Origin: an uncultured Bacillota bacterium
GTDB taxonomy: Bacteria > Bacillota_I > Bacilli_A > RFN20 > CAG-288
Assembly: GCA_949299015.1 (NCBI GenBank)
Contig: CASFYT010000006.1
Location: forward strand, 16,457 to 80,456
DNA: 64,000 nucleotides
Reading direction: 5' to 3'
Of this stretch, positions 1 to 8,159 are shown piece after piece. Position 1 is the stretch's first letter. Every line of letters begins with the position of its first letter. Under the pieces are notes generated by a model. That model saw only the letters and a program-made list of their open reading frames with translations. It had not been told where the DNA came from and did no database searches. Made by a program: the position numbers and the translations under genes.

Positions 1-802
1 TGCCGGTGGCCAGCTGGCTTCCGAGGGTCGTGAAGACGTTGGCGAGGGCCGTCTCCTGTTCGGCGGTCAGCGTCGAGGTGACGGGGCTGAGCCTCGTGAC
101 GGAATCGATGGCCGAGACCTCGACCTCATAGTGTTCGGCCATTCCACCGTAATCGTCTTCCTTGACGTGGTCGAAGGAGAGGGAAGTCAACGTGCCGTTT
201 CCGTCTGCCGCAAAACGGATGTTTTCGGCATAGGAACGAACGCTGACGCTGTCCCAGACTTCGTTTTCCTGGAAAGGATAGAAGGAATCCAGACTTGTGG
301 CGAGGACGCTCTTTCCCTTGGGAGTCGGAAGGATCTGGTATCCTTCCTGAGCGCTTTCGACGGTGAAGAAGGTCCCGATGTTGTCGGCATCGATCATCTG
401 GAAGGGACTTCCGTAGGTCTCGTCGTAGTCGATCGGGGTCTGGTCCTGGTCCCCCTCGTCCAACGCGATGGTCTCGATCTCGTTCTGCATGTTGAGATAG
501 AGCTCGTCCGCGTCTCCTTGGCTGTCGCGGAGGAAGGTGCGCTGGCTCTCGACGGCGGAGCCGGAGAAGACGGTCGTCGTCCGAACGTCGGAGCTGATCT
601 GGTCCTGGATCTGAAGCGTGCTTCCGTCGACGGTCGTCAGGGTCGCGTCCATCTGGAGGGGATGGGAGAGGAGCGTGGCCATCCCTTCGAGGATGGTCGA
701 GGGATCGCTGGCCTTCAGGGTCTTTTCGACCTGGGGAAGGGAAGGAGAGGAGCAGGCGGCAAGAAGAAGGGTCGGAAGCAGGAAGAGGATGTTCTTTTTC
801 AT
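1..802 (-). CDS. putative lipoprotein, partial (C-terminus lies beyond the window edge)
   Basis: Not in the ORF track because it has no stop inside the window. A reverse-strand ATG at 802-800 gives MKKNILFLLPTLLLAAC/SSPSLPQVEK... (signal peptide plus lipobox). I translated it by eye and it stays open to position 1. It forms a TGATG 1-nt overlap with the upstream lipoprotein gene. The listed + ORF 131-907 is its antisense shadow. Confidence 0.75.
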   Translation of the reverse strand, partial: MKKNILFLLPTLLLAACSSPSLPQVEKTLKASDPSTILEGMATLLSHPLQMDATLTTVDGSTLQIQDQISSDVRTTTVFSGSAVESQRTFLRDSQGDADELYLNMQNEIETIALDEGDQDQTPIDYDETYGSPFQMIDADNIGTFFTVESAQEGYQILPTPKGKSVLATSLDSFYPFQENEVWDSVSVRSYAENIRFAADGNGTLTSLSFDHVKEDDYGGMAEHYEVEVSAIDSVTRLSPVTSTLTAEQETALANVFTTLGSQLATG

Positions 803-2418
803 CATTGTGCCCTCCGGATGAGAATCGTGCAGGAATCTTCGCCGACGGCCGTGACCTCGAAGGTAAGGCCGAGCCTTTCGCCGCTGTCGAAGGCGAAGTC
901 CTTGTAGAAGTCGTATCCCTGCTTCAGCCCGAAGACGTCGCCCTCATGGAAGAGGTCCTCGTCCGAGAGGGGGACGTTGGCGTCGAGGATGTGGCGGTTG
1001 GATCCGCTCTCGGAAAGGAGGGAAATCAGGGGCTCGTCGTCGATGATGCCGTATTCCGACAGGGGGTTGACGGAATCGTTGGAGTGGCGGTAGGCGTAGA
1101 CCCGTCCCGAATCGGTCTCGGGCTGGCTTTCCGTGGGATAGTAGCCGCTCTCGTCGCCGTAGACCAGGGTGGAGTTCACTTCGTACAGCCGCACTCCCGC
1201 CTCCTGGAAGAGGGACCTTCCGTAGAGGTAGAGGTTCTCGCTGTCGAAAGCGTCGAGACCCGTCGGGGCGTAGAAGTCCAGGAGCAGGTATTCGCCATAG
1301 AGCCCTTCCTTCGAGGCGGAAAGGGCCAGGCTCTGTCCCTTGGAGAGGGTCTTGGAAAGCCCCTCGTCCGGAACGTCGGCCGGGGTCACGAATTCGGGAG
1401 TCAGCCATCCCATCTGATACTTGCTGAAGGAATTGTGGTCTCCGACGTAGCCATCCATGCGGTCCGTCAGTCCCAGAGGCGTCCTCAGGGTCTGCGTCGT
1501 CTGGTTTCCGACCGAATCGACGTAGCTTTCCAGTCCCATCATCGTTCCGAGGCTGGAGACGTAGAGGTGGGAGTCGGGGTCGGAGGTCGTGTGCAGGAAG
1601 TCGTTGGTGATGACGGTGTCATAGGCGCTGACGTAGCTGAGGCTGTTGATGGGGCTGGACAGGACGCCTTCGGAGAGGGTGTATTCGGTCCTCAGGCTGT
1701 CGAGGGTCTCGTTGTCCGTCGAGGCGATGATCGTGCTGAGGAAGGGATTGACCAGGAAGATGCCGTCGATCTTTCCGTCGTCGTCGCTGTCGAAGTCCTC
1801 CGGATCGTAGGTGCGGGTCGAGTCGACGAAGAAGTAATCGTAGACGGTGCTGGCCATGCTGTCGAGGAAGGGGGCGATGCCTTCGCTGGCAATCTGCGTC
1901 AGCGCCTCTTCCAGGGTCGTCTCCAGCGTCACGACGGGGGTGACGACTCCGTCGAGAGAGAGGTTCTCGAGGCTGGACTCCGCATAGAATTCCTTGACGG
2001 AGGCGATGTCGTTGCCCTCGCCGAAGAAGGCTTCTTCGACGTTGTTCAGAAGCGAGGCGCTGAAGGAGAAGGGGTAGTTTCCCAGCGCATAGTCGGACGC
2101 ATCGGCCAAGGTCACCGGGACGACGAGGATGTTGGCCTCGCCAAGGGTCGGGAAGCCGACCTGCCCCTGCGTCTGGCGCAGGGTGTTGAGGGCGCTATGC
2201 CTTCCCTGGGGATTCTTGGTCGTCGGCTGCTGGGCATCCTCGAGGTAATCTTCGCCGGGCGTCCAGGAGGAAGAACTGGAGGAGCTGCTGGAAGAGGAGG
2301 AACTCGTGGAGGAGCTTGAGGAAGAGGAACTGCTGCTTGTCTCGGTCTGGCAGGCGGTCAGAAGGAGCAGGGGGAGGGAGAGCAGGAGCAGTCCGATGGT
2401 TTTGTTTTTTCTTTTCAT
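802..2418 (-). CDS. serine-linker lipoprotein with an M6 (InhA)-peptidase-like domain lacking HExxH
   Basis: The internal ATG at 2418 has a GGGAGA RBS 8 nt upstream and gives MKRKNKTIGLLLLSLPLLLLTAC (lipobox), followed by a 23-Ser tract. M6-like blocks are present: ILVVPVTLAD, SVKEFYAESSLENLSLDG and DSDDDGKIDGIFLV. The zinc-site position reads SSLGTMMGLESYVD rather than HExxHxxGLxDxY. Confidence 0.8.
   Translation of the reverse strand: MKRKNKTIGLLLLSLPLLLLTACQTETSSSSSSSSSSTSSSSSSSSSSSSSWTPGEDYLEDAQQPTTKNPQGRHSALNTLRQTQGQVGFPTLGEANILVVPVTLADASDYALGNYPFSFSASLLNNVEEAFFGEGNDIASVKEFYAESSLENLSLDGVVTPVVTLETTLEEALTQIASEGIAPFLDSMASTVYDYFFVDSTRTYDPEDFDSDDDGKIDGIFLVNPFLSTIIASTDNETLDSLRTEYTLSEGVLSSPINSLSYVSAYDTVITNDFLHTTSDPDSHLYVSSLGTMMGLESYVDSVGNQTTQTLRTPLGLTDRMDGYVGDHNSFSKYQMGWLTPEFVTPADVPDEGLSKTLSKGQSLALSASKEGLYGEYLLLDFYAPTGLDAFDSENLYLYGRSLFQEAGVRLYEVNSTLVYGDESGYYPTESQPETDSGRVYAYRHSNDSVNPLSEYGIIDDEPLISLLSESGSNRHILDANVPLSDEDLFHEGDVFGLKQGYDFYKDFAFDSGERLGLTFEVTAVGEDSCTILIRRAQ
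2266..2337 (-). repeat. poly-serine coding tract (10 Ser, Thr, 13 Ser) just after the lipobox
   Basis: I counted the codons directly. They are a mix of TCC, TCT, AGT, AGC and TCA, so this is not a pure microsatellite. Confidence 0.9.
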
Positions 2419-2612
2419 TTCAAAATCTCCCATCGTGATAAACCGACTCATTATATCAATCTCCATGGGGAGGGCTTATCCTTATTGATTCACTATGCCG
2501 TCAGAGGACAATGTAAGCGGTTCATCAGGGTTCTAGGGACGAGAAGTGAAAAAAATCGGTGACACGTTTTTTCCGTTTTTCTATAATCCATGCCATAAGT
2601 GAGGTATCGAAA

Positions 2613-4517
2613 ATGACACACAGACTTCATCGGCTGTCCCTCCTCGGAGTCCTCGCTCTCTTCACTCTTGTCTCCTGCGGAGAAACGTCCAGCTCCTCTC
2701 CCCTTTCCTCCTCGTCCTCCTCTTCGTCGACGGGTGATTCTTCGGGAACATCCAGCAGTTCCTCTTCGTCCCCTTCGTCTTCTTCTTCTTCTTCCTCTTC
2801 TTCCAGCTCCTCTTCCTCTTCTTCGAGTTCGACGAACGTCCAGGAGAGCTTCCTGGAATTCCAGCAGTATCTGAACGAAGAAGTCCTCTCTCAGGAAATC
2901 AAGGAGATCACGTTCACGGAATCCAATACCCAGGATGGATACGAGAACCGGGTCCGCACGACGCGCTATGGTGTCGACGAAGTCTACACGACCCTTGCCG
3001 ACAGCGAGACCTATCTCCAGTACGCCGCCATCCGGGACGACATCTTCTATACGGTCAACGGCGGAGAAGACGGCACAGTCACGATCGGACGCCAGCTGAT
3101 TTCGGATACGACCAGCGCCGATACGACGACGGAAGAGATCGCCCGCACGACCTTGGATCGCTACCTGGACATCGCCGATATCCAGAAGACGGAAATCTTC
3201 GACGTCTTTACCGAAGATGTTCAGGCCACGCTCTTCCAGCAAAACGGAAGTACTTATACTATTGCTGCCTACTGGGAAACTGGTTCCATCTATAATTATG
3301 CCTACACGTTGCGCCTGAGCATCGACGAGAACGACCACATCACGGCGCTGGAAGGCTCCGTCGCCTTTGCCGACGGCGACCACTGGGACGACGTCAACAA
3401 GGCTCCCATCAGCGAAGACGACGGCTATCGCGTCGACATCGAAGTCTCCGAAGGCGACATCATCTATGGTTCCTACAGCGCGGACGATCCCCTTCTCTAC
3501 GACTTCAGCGGCGCCTTCGTCACCAGCCTTGAGGTGAACATCTACGCCGAGGACCTCGATGGGATGGGAGGCGGCGTCACGGGAGAGCCCAACGAGCTCA
3601 AGGTCGGCGACTACCTGACGCTCGAAGTGGTCTCCTATGCCCCGGAGACGGCCGTCGACGCTCATAACGGAAGCTTCCGCATCACGGGTTCTTCCGACAG
3701 CTCCTTGGTCTCCGTCACGACGGACGGATACGGCTACTATGTTCCGGAGCAGGAGGAAGGCTTTACGGAAGGGACGTGCGAAGTCTATGTTGGAAACGTC
3801 TTCAATCCGCGTCTGGGAACGGCCATCGTCCACGTCACGGGAGGCGGCTCCTCCACACAGGGCGCTGAGCCGGTCGTCTATGGATTCGACGATCAGCCGG
3901 GATTCGAATACATCGGCAGCGAGGAGCTCGAAGGACGCTTCACGATCGACGTCTCCGCCATGGAACCGACGGTCTTCACGGCGATGACGTTGGTCTCGGG
4001 TCCCTTCCAGATCGAGGGCGACGAAATCCAGGTCGACGATCCCAACCTCCTCGGCGCCATGTTCCAGGAAAATCCGGAGGGCGGCATGAAGATCGACCTC
4101 GCGCTCATGGCGTGGGGCGGCACGACGGGAACGACCAAGATCCACATCCCCTACACCTTCAATGGCATTGCGACGACCACGGCGACCTTCGAGGTCCAGA
4201 TCGTCCAGACGCCGAAGCTGATGATGATCGACGAGCAGGAAGGATACGAGGAACTGTGGGAAGGCGAGTGCTACGGTCGCTTCAGCCTGGCCCTTGCCGA
4301 CGGCGAGAAGGGATTCTCCGTCCAGCTTGCGGGTTCGGGCCCCTTCCAGGTCACCGGCGACGAGATCGTCAGCCGGGACGAGAGCATCGCGACGGCCGTC
4401 TTTGCGGAAGTCGACGGCGCGTGGCAGATCGTCATCACGCCGCACCAGGCCGGAACGACGGTGATCGAGGTTCCTTCCATGATGGGAATCTGGCCCTACG
4501 AAGTCGTCGTCGCCTAG
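2613..4517 (+). CDS. serine-linker lipoprotein with Ig-like (Big_2-type) C-terminal repeats
   Basis: ATG at 2613 follows a GAGGT RBS and gives MTHRLHRLSLLGVLALFTLVSC (lipobox). A ~48-codon Ser-rich linker follows. Then comes LKVGDYLTLEVVSYAPE...GTAIVHVT (Ig-like) and two related C-terminal modules containing SGPFQ(I/V)xGDEI. Confidence 0.85.
   Translation: MTHRLHRLSLLGVLALFTLVSCGETSSSSPLSSSSSSSSTGDSSGTSSSSSSSPSSSSSSSSSSSSSSSSSSSTNVQESFLEFQQYLNEEVLSQEIKEITFTESNTQDGYENRVRTTRYGVDEVYTTLADSETYLQYAAIRDDIFYTVNGGEDGTVTIGRQLISDTTSADTTTEEIARTTLDRYLDIADIQKTEIFDVFTEDVQATLFQQNGSTYTIAAYWETGSIYNYAYTLRLSIDENDHITALEGSVAFADGDHWDDVNKAPISEDDGYRVDIEVSEGDIIYGSYSADDPLLYDFSGAFVTSLEVNIYAEDLDGMGGGVTGEPNELKVGDYLTLEVVSYAPETAVDAHNGSFRITGSSDSSLVSVTTDGYGYYVPEQEEGFTEGTCEVYVGNVFNPRLGTAIVHVTGGGSSTQGAEPVVYGFDDQPGFEYIGSEELEGRFTIDVSAMEPTVFTAMTLVSGPFQIEGDEIQVDDPNLLGAMFQENPEGGMKIDLALMAWGGTTGTTKIHIPYTFNGIATTTATFEVQIVQTPKLMMIDEQEGYEELWEGECYGRFSLALADGEKGFSVQLAGSGPFQVTGDEIVSRDESIATAVFAEVDGAWQIVITPHQAGTTVIEVPSMMGIWPYEVVVA
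2688..2831 (+). repeat. serine-rich low-complexity coding tract (ends with 19 consecutive Ser)
   Basis: Codon-by-codon count. It contains the run tcttcttcttcttcttcc plus mixed TCN/AGY codons. Confidence 0.9.
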
Positions 4518-4583
4518 CATCGGTTCCCGAAGGCTAAGCCAGGTCGAAAGGCCTGGCTTTTGCATCGGGAGGAGGGATTTCCA

Positions 4584-5447
4584 ATGAAGGTTGCCATGGT
4601 TTACTTTTCCGGCACGGGAAACACGAGAAGGTGCCTCGAGAAGATGAAGGACTGCCTTTCGTCCCTGGAGGACGAGGTCGTTCTTTGGAACCTCGAGGAG
4701 GGAGGAGAGGACCTCTCCTCCTTTGACGTCCTCGTCCTGGGTTACCCTATCCACGCCTTCAACGCGCCGAAGTGGATCCTCGACTTCGCCCGCAGGCTCG
4801 AGACCCTTCCCAGGCAGGCGCCGATCTACGTCCTGAAGACCTCGGGAGAGAACCTCCGGCTGAATCGGCACTCTTCGGCCAAGCTTTCCTCGATCCTGAG
4901 GAGGAAGGGCTACTCGATCGCGGGAGAATTCCATTACCTGATGCCCTACGACATGGTCTTTCGGCACAGCGAATGGATGGCCTATCGGATGTGGCAGACG
5001 GCCGAGCGCCTGATCCCCCTGGATGCCCGGAGAATCCATGGACGGGAACGCTTCGCGACCAAGACGCCCTTTCCCGTCCGCCTTCCGCTCTTCCTCCTTC
5101 GCGTGGAGCAGAAGGCGAGTCCGCTTCTGGGAAAGACGTTCTTCGCCGATCGAAAATGCATCCAGTGCGGTCTCTGCGTCCAGCACTGCCCGAGCCGGAA
5201 CATCGTCCTGAGGAAGGGGCGGGTCCGCTTCTCGACGCATTGCATCCTCTGTTCCCGCTGCGCCTTTTTCTGCCCGAAGGATGCCATCCACCTCGGGCTC
5301 ATCGACTTCCTCCGGGTCAACGGCCTCTATCGCTTCGATGAGGCGCCAAGGCCGAAGAAGGAGAGGCGATACTGCCGCCGATCCTATGCGCGGTACTTCC
5401 AGGAAGCCGAGAAGAGAATCGAGGAGCTGTCAAGGAAAAATACTTGA
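4584..5447 (+). CDS. flavodoxin-like / 2x[4Fe-4S] ferredoxin fusion (EFR1-type)
   Basis: GGAGG RBS precedes the start. MKVAMVYFSGTGNTRRC is a flavodoxin-like N-terminus. Two cluster motifs are present: CIQCGLCVQHCP and CILCSRCAFFCP. Confidence 0.85.
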   Translation: MKVAMVYFSGTGNTRRCLEKMKDCLSSLEDEVVLWNLEEGGEDLSSFDVLVLGYPIHAFNAPKWILDFARRLETLPRQAPIYVLKTSGENLRLNRHSSAKLSSILRRKGYSIAGEFHYLMPYDMVFRHSEWMAYRMWQTAERLIPLDARRIHGRERFATKTPFPVRLPLFLLRVEQKASPLLGKTFFADRKCIQCGLCVQHCPSRNIVLRKGRVRFSTHCILCSRCAFFCPKDAIHLGLIDFLRVNGLYRFDEAPRPKKERRYCRRSYARYFQEAEKRIEELSRKNT

Positions 5448-5508
5448 CAGCCTGTGGAAGAAAAGGTATAGTTGAAACGTTTGAAAACACCTTTGGAGGA
5501 TTTATCAC

Positions 5509-5796
5509 ATGGTCAAGATCAGACTCGCCCGCATCGGAAGAAAGGCTCTCCCGAGCTATCGCATCGTCGTCAGCGATTCGCGCAAGACGCCCCGCTCCGA
5601 CAACCTTGCCGACCTCGGCTTCTTCAATCCCCGCACCCATGACTTCGCCATCGACGAGGCCGAGGCCCTGAAGTGGCTCAACAACGGCGCCATCCCCTCG
5701 GATTCGGTCCGCACCCTGCTCACGAAGAAGGGAATCTACAAGAAGTTCGTCGACGCCAAGATCGAAGCCCGGAAGGCCAAGAAAGAGGCGAAGTGA
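5509..5796 (+). CDS. rpsP: 30S ribosomal protein S16
   Basis: MVKIRLARIGRKALPSYRIVV... is a typical bS16 N-terminus. GGAGGA RBS and a TATAGT -10 lie upstream. Confidence 0.97.
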   Translation: MVKIRLARIGRKALPSYRIVVSDSRKTPRSDNLADLGFFNPRTHDFAIDEAEALKWLNNGAIPSDSVRTLLTKKGIYKKFVDAKIEARKAKKEAK

Positions 5797-5798
5797 CG

Positions 5799-6116
5799 AT
5801 GACCGGAGGAACTGATATCGACCTCACTCAGGATATCCGCTCCCTCGTCGAACCTCTCGTCGGAAATCCCGAGAAGATCGTCATCGCTCGGATGGACAAG
5901 CCGGAAAACCGGACCAAGAGGGAACAGACCTACCTGGTCCTCTGCGATGGCGAGGATCTGGGAAAGCTGATCGGACGCCACGGCGTCATCTCGGATTCCC
6001 TGCGCACGCTCCTCAACGTCTCCATCAAGAACATGCGGAAGAAGGTCCACCTGCGCTTCCAGACCTTGCAGGACTACAAGGCCAACCATCCCGAATTCGA
6101 AATCCCGCAGCAATAG
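5799..6116 (+). CDS. khpA: KH-domain RNA-binding protein (YlqC/KhpA type)
   Basis: The internal ATG lies 3 nt after the rpsP stop. LGKLIGRHGVISDSLRTLL is the KH GxxG core. The position between rpsP and rimM is conserved. Confidence 0.85.
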   Translation: MTGGTDIDLTQDIRSLVEPLVGNPEKIVIARMDKPENRTKREQTYLVLCDGEDLGKLIGRHGVISDSLRTLLNVSIKNMRKKVHLRFQTLQDYKANHPEFEIPQQ

Positions 6117-6124
6117 AAGGAAAG

Positions 6125-6150
6125 GGGAGCGCTTCGCTCCCTCTTTCTTT
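6125..6150 (+). terminator. intrinsic terminator/attenuator-like hairpin inside the rpsP-trmD operon
   Basis: GGGAGCG-CTT-CGCTCCC followed by TCTTTCTTT, located between khpA and rimM. Confidence 0.55.
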
Positions 6151-6167
6151 CGGAAAGGAAGAAGAAC

Positions 6168-6665
6168 ATGGCCGTCAAGAACATCGGAAAGATCGTCAAC
6201 ACCTTCGGAATCAAGGGGCAGCTCAAGGTCTCCGTCTCGACCTCCCAGCCGGAGCTCCGCTTCGCCGTCGGTAAGAAGGTCCTCATCCTCGACCAGGACG
6301 AGGTGGAGCAGGAATACGAGGTTTCCTCGTTCCGGATGAAGGACAACCGCATCGCCATCATCGGCCTCAAGGGCTTTACGGACATCAACCAGATCGAATG
6401 GATGATCGGACGGGTCGTCCGCGAGAACGTCCGGGCGCCGAAGGGAACCTACTTCTACGACGACCTCGTCGGCATGGAGATCATCGACAGCGCCGGCAAC
6501 GCCTACGGCACGGTCGAGACGGTCACCAAGATGCCGGCCGGGGACTACCTTGTCTGCGGAAAGTCCTACATCCCCTTCAAGGAGGACCTCTTCGTGAAGG
6601 AGGTCGACAAGAAGGGGAAGAAGATCTACTTGACCGAGCTCGGGAGCGAGGTCCTGGCCAAGTGA
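6168..6665 (+). CDS. rimM: 16S rRNA processing protein RimM
   Basis: IGKIVNTFGIKGQLKV plus a PRC-barrel C-terminus. Synteny with trmD. Confidence 0.93.
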   Translation: MAVKNIGKIVNTFGIKGQLKVSVSTSQPELRFAVGKKVLILDQDEVEQEYEVSSFRMKDNRIAIIGLKGFTDINQIEWMIGRVVRENVRAPKGTYFYDDLVGMEIIDSAGNAYGTVETVTKMPAGDYLVCGKSYIPFKEDLFVKEVDKKGKKIYLTELGSEVLAK

Positions 6666-7441
6666 AGATCACCATCCTGACGATCTTTCCGGAATTCTTT
6701 GATGGATTCCTGAACAATTCCATCATCAAAAGAGCGATTGCCAAAGGCGTCGTTTCCTTCGAGGTCGTCAACATCCGGGACTATTCCCTCGACAAGAATC
6801 ATCGCGTCGACGATCATCCGATCGGGGGCGGGGCGGGGTTGGTGATGCGCCTGGAGCCTCTGGTCGACTGCCTGCGCGCCCATTCGACGGAACAGACGCA
6901 CAAGATCTACCTGGGGCCGCGAGGAAAGTCCTTCGCCCAGGAAGATGCCCGCCGCCTGAGCCGGATGGAGGAGATCCTCCTGGTCTGCGGCCACTACGAA
7001 GGCGTCGACGCCCGCTTTGCGGACTACGTCGACGAGGAGCTGTCCATCGGGGACTTCATCCTGACGGGCGGCGAAATTCCGGCCATGGCCATCAGCGACA
7101 GCGTCACGCGCCTGCTCAAGGGGGCGATTCGGGCGGAGTCGACGATGGAGGAGACGTTCGACGACGGCCTTCTGGAATACAACCAGTACACCTATCCGGT
7201 CGAATACGAGGGAAAGCGGATCCCGGACGTCCTCTTCTGCGGAAACCATGAGGCGGTGAAGGCCTACCGGCACCGGGAAAGCCTCCTGCTCACCTATGAG
7301 AGGAGGAGGGACCTCTTCGACCGGCGCCGCTATTCCCGCGAGGACTGCCAGATCCTTGAGGACTACCTCTCCGGCAGGGCCGGCGAAAGCGTCCAGGAGG
7401 CGGAGGCCAAGAAGAAGGGAAAGAAGTTCCTTCCGCGCTGA
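6662..7441 (+). CDS. trmD: tRNA (guanine37-N1)-methyltransferase
   Basis: GTG start overlaps the rimM stop (GTGA). Motifs: KITILTIFPEFF and VDDHPIGGGAGLVM. Confidence 0.95.
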   Translation: MKITILTIFPEFFDGFLNNSIIKRAIAKGVVSFEVVNIRDYSLDKNHRVDDHPIGGGAGLVMRLEPLVDCLRAHSTEQTHKIYLGPRGKSFAQEDARRLSRMEEILLVCGHYEGVDARFADYVDEELSIGDFILTGGEIPAMAISDSVTRLLKGAIRAESTMEETFDDGLLEYNQYTYPVEYEGKRIPDVLFCGNHEAVKAYRHRESLLLTYERRRDLFDRRRYSREDCQILEDYLSGRAGESVQEAEAKKKGKKFLPR

Positions 7442-7453
7442 GGCGCGGATTTT

Positions 7454-7957
7454 TTATTTTCCTTCCTCGAAGGCTTCGGAGGGATTGATGGAGAAGTCCA
7501 GGCCTTCGAAGCGGACGTTCGTCGTCTTTCCGTAGATGGAGGTCGCCAGGGTCATCGTGTCGATGGACTGGAATCCCAGCCGATGGTACAGGCGAAGGGC
7601 CTTCGTGTTGTAGGGGGCGACTTCGATCTGGACGCGCTCGTTCTCGCGGGCGAGGACGATCTTCTGGATCTCCTTGATGGCGAAGGAGGCCAGTCCCTGC
7701 GAGCGGAATTCCTTGCGGACGTAGAGATACTCGATGTTGTTGACGTATCCGTACTTCTCGTTGACGTATAGGAAGCCCGCGACCTTTCCGTCGAGGAGCA
7801 GGAGCCGGCCGATTCCCTTCGGGTCGATCATTCTCCGGATGTCTTCCAGGATGTCGTTCTCGCTCGGCTTGGAAAACTGGCTTTCCCAGAACTCGACAAG
7901 GAGCTTTGCCAAGATGTCGAGGTCGCCGAGCTGGACTTTCTTGAGTTCTTTCGTCAT
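7454..7957 (-). CDS. GNAT family N-acetyltransferase
   Basis: YLYVRKEFRSQGLASFAIKEI is the acetyl-CoA motif A (Q/RxxGxG/A-like). Length is 167 aa. Confidence 0.85.
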   Translation of the reverse strand: MTKELKKVQLGDLDILAKLLVEFWESQFSKPSENDILEDIRRMIDPKGIGRLLLLDGKVAGFLYVNEKYGYVNNIEYLYVRKEFRSQGLASFAIKEIQKIVLARENERVQIEVAPYNTKALRLYHRLGFQSIDTMTLATSIYGKTTNVRFEGLDFSINPSEAFEEGK

Positions 7958-8110
7958 GGTGTCTTCCTCCTGTACCTTTTATTATCCCAGAAAATGGAAC
8001 AAAAAGCCAATCATCAGAAGAACAGTGATGATAAAAAACGAAATTGCGAAAGAAAACCAGTTGCCAAAAGATAAAGTTGTTTATCGAAGACTCGTTCGTG
8101 CTGCCGATGG

Positions 8111-8135
8111 AAAAAGCGAGGCGCCTAGGCCTCGC
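8111..8135 (-). terminator. rho-independent terminator of ffh
   Basis: GCGAGGC-(6 nt)-GCCTCGC hairpin followed on the minus strand by a T5 run, about 25 nt after the ffh stop. Confidence 0.8.
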
Positions 8136-8159
8136 TTGTTCTTTTCTCCGGGTCTCGCC

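Noticed and set aside
131-907. A 258-aa plus-strand ORF at the left edge.
   Set aside because: The opposite strand encodes an open frame to position 1 with a perfect signal peptide and lipobox, coupled by TGATG to the upstream lipoprotein gene. The plus ORF is its antisense shadow.
4584-5447. The flavodoxin/2x[4Fe-4S] protein as the missing RnfB.
   Set aside because: It has no N-terminal membrane anchor, has a flavodoxin-like rather than an RnfB-type domain order, and lies 45 kb from the rnf operon in an unrelated context.
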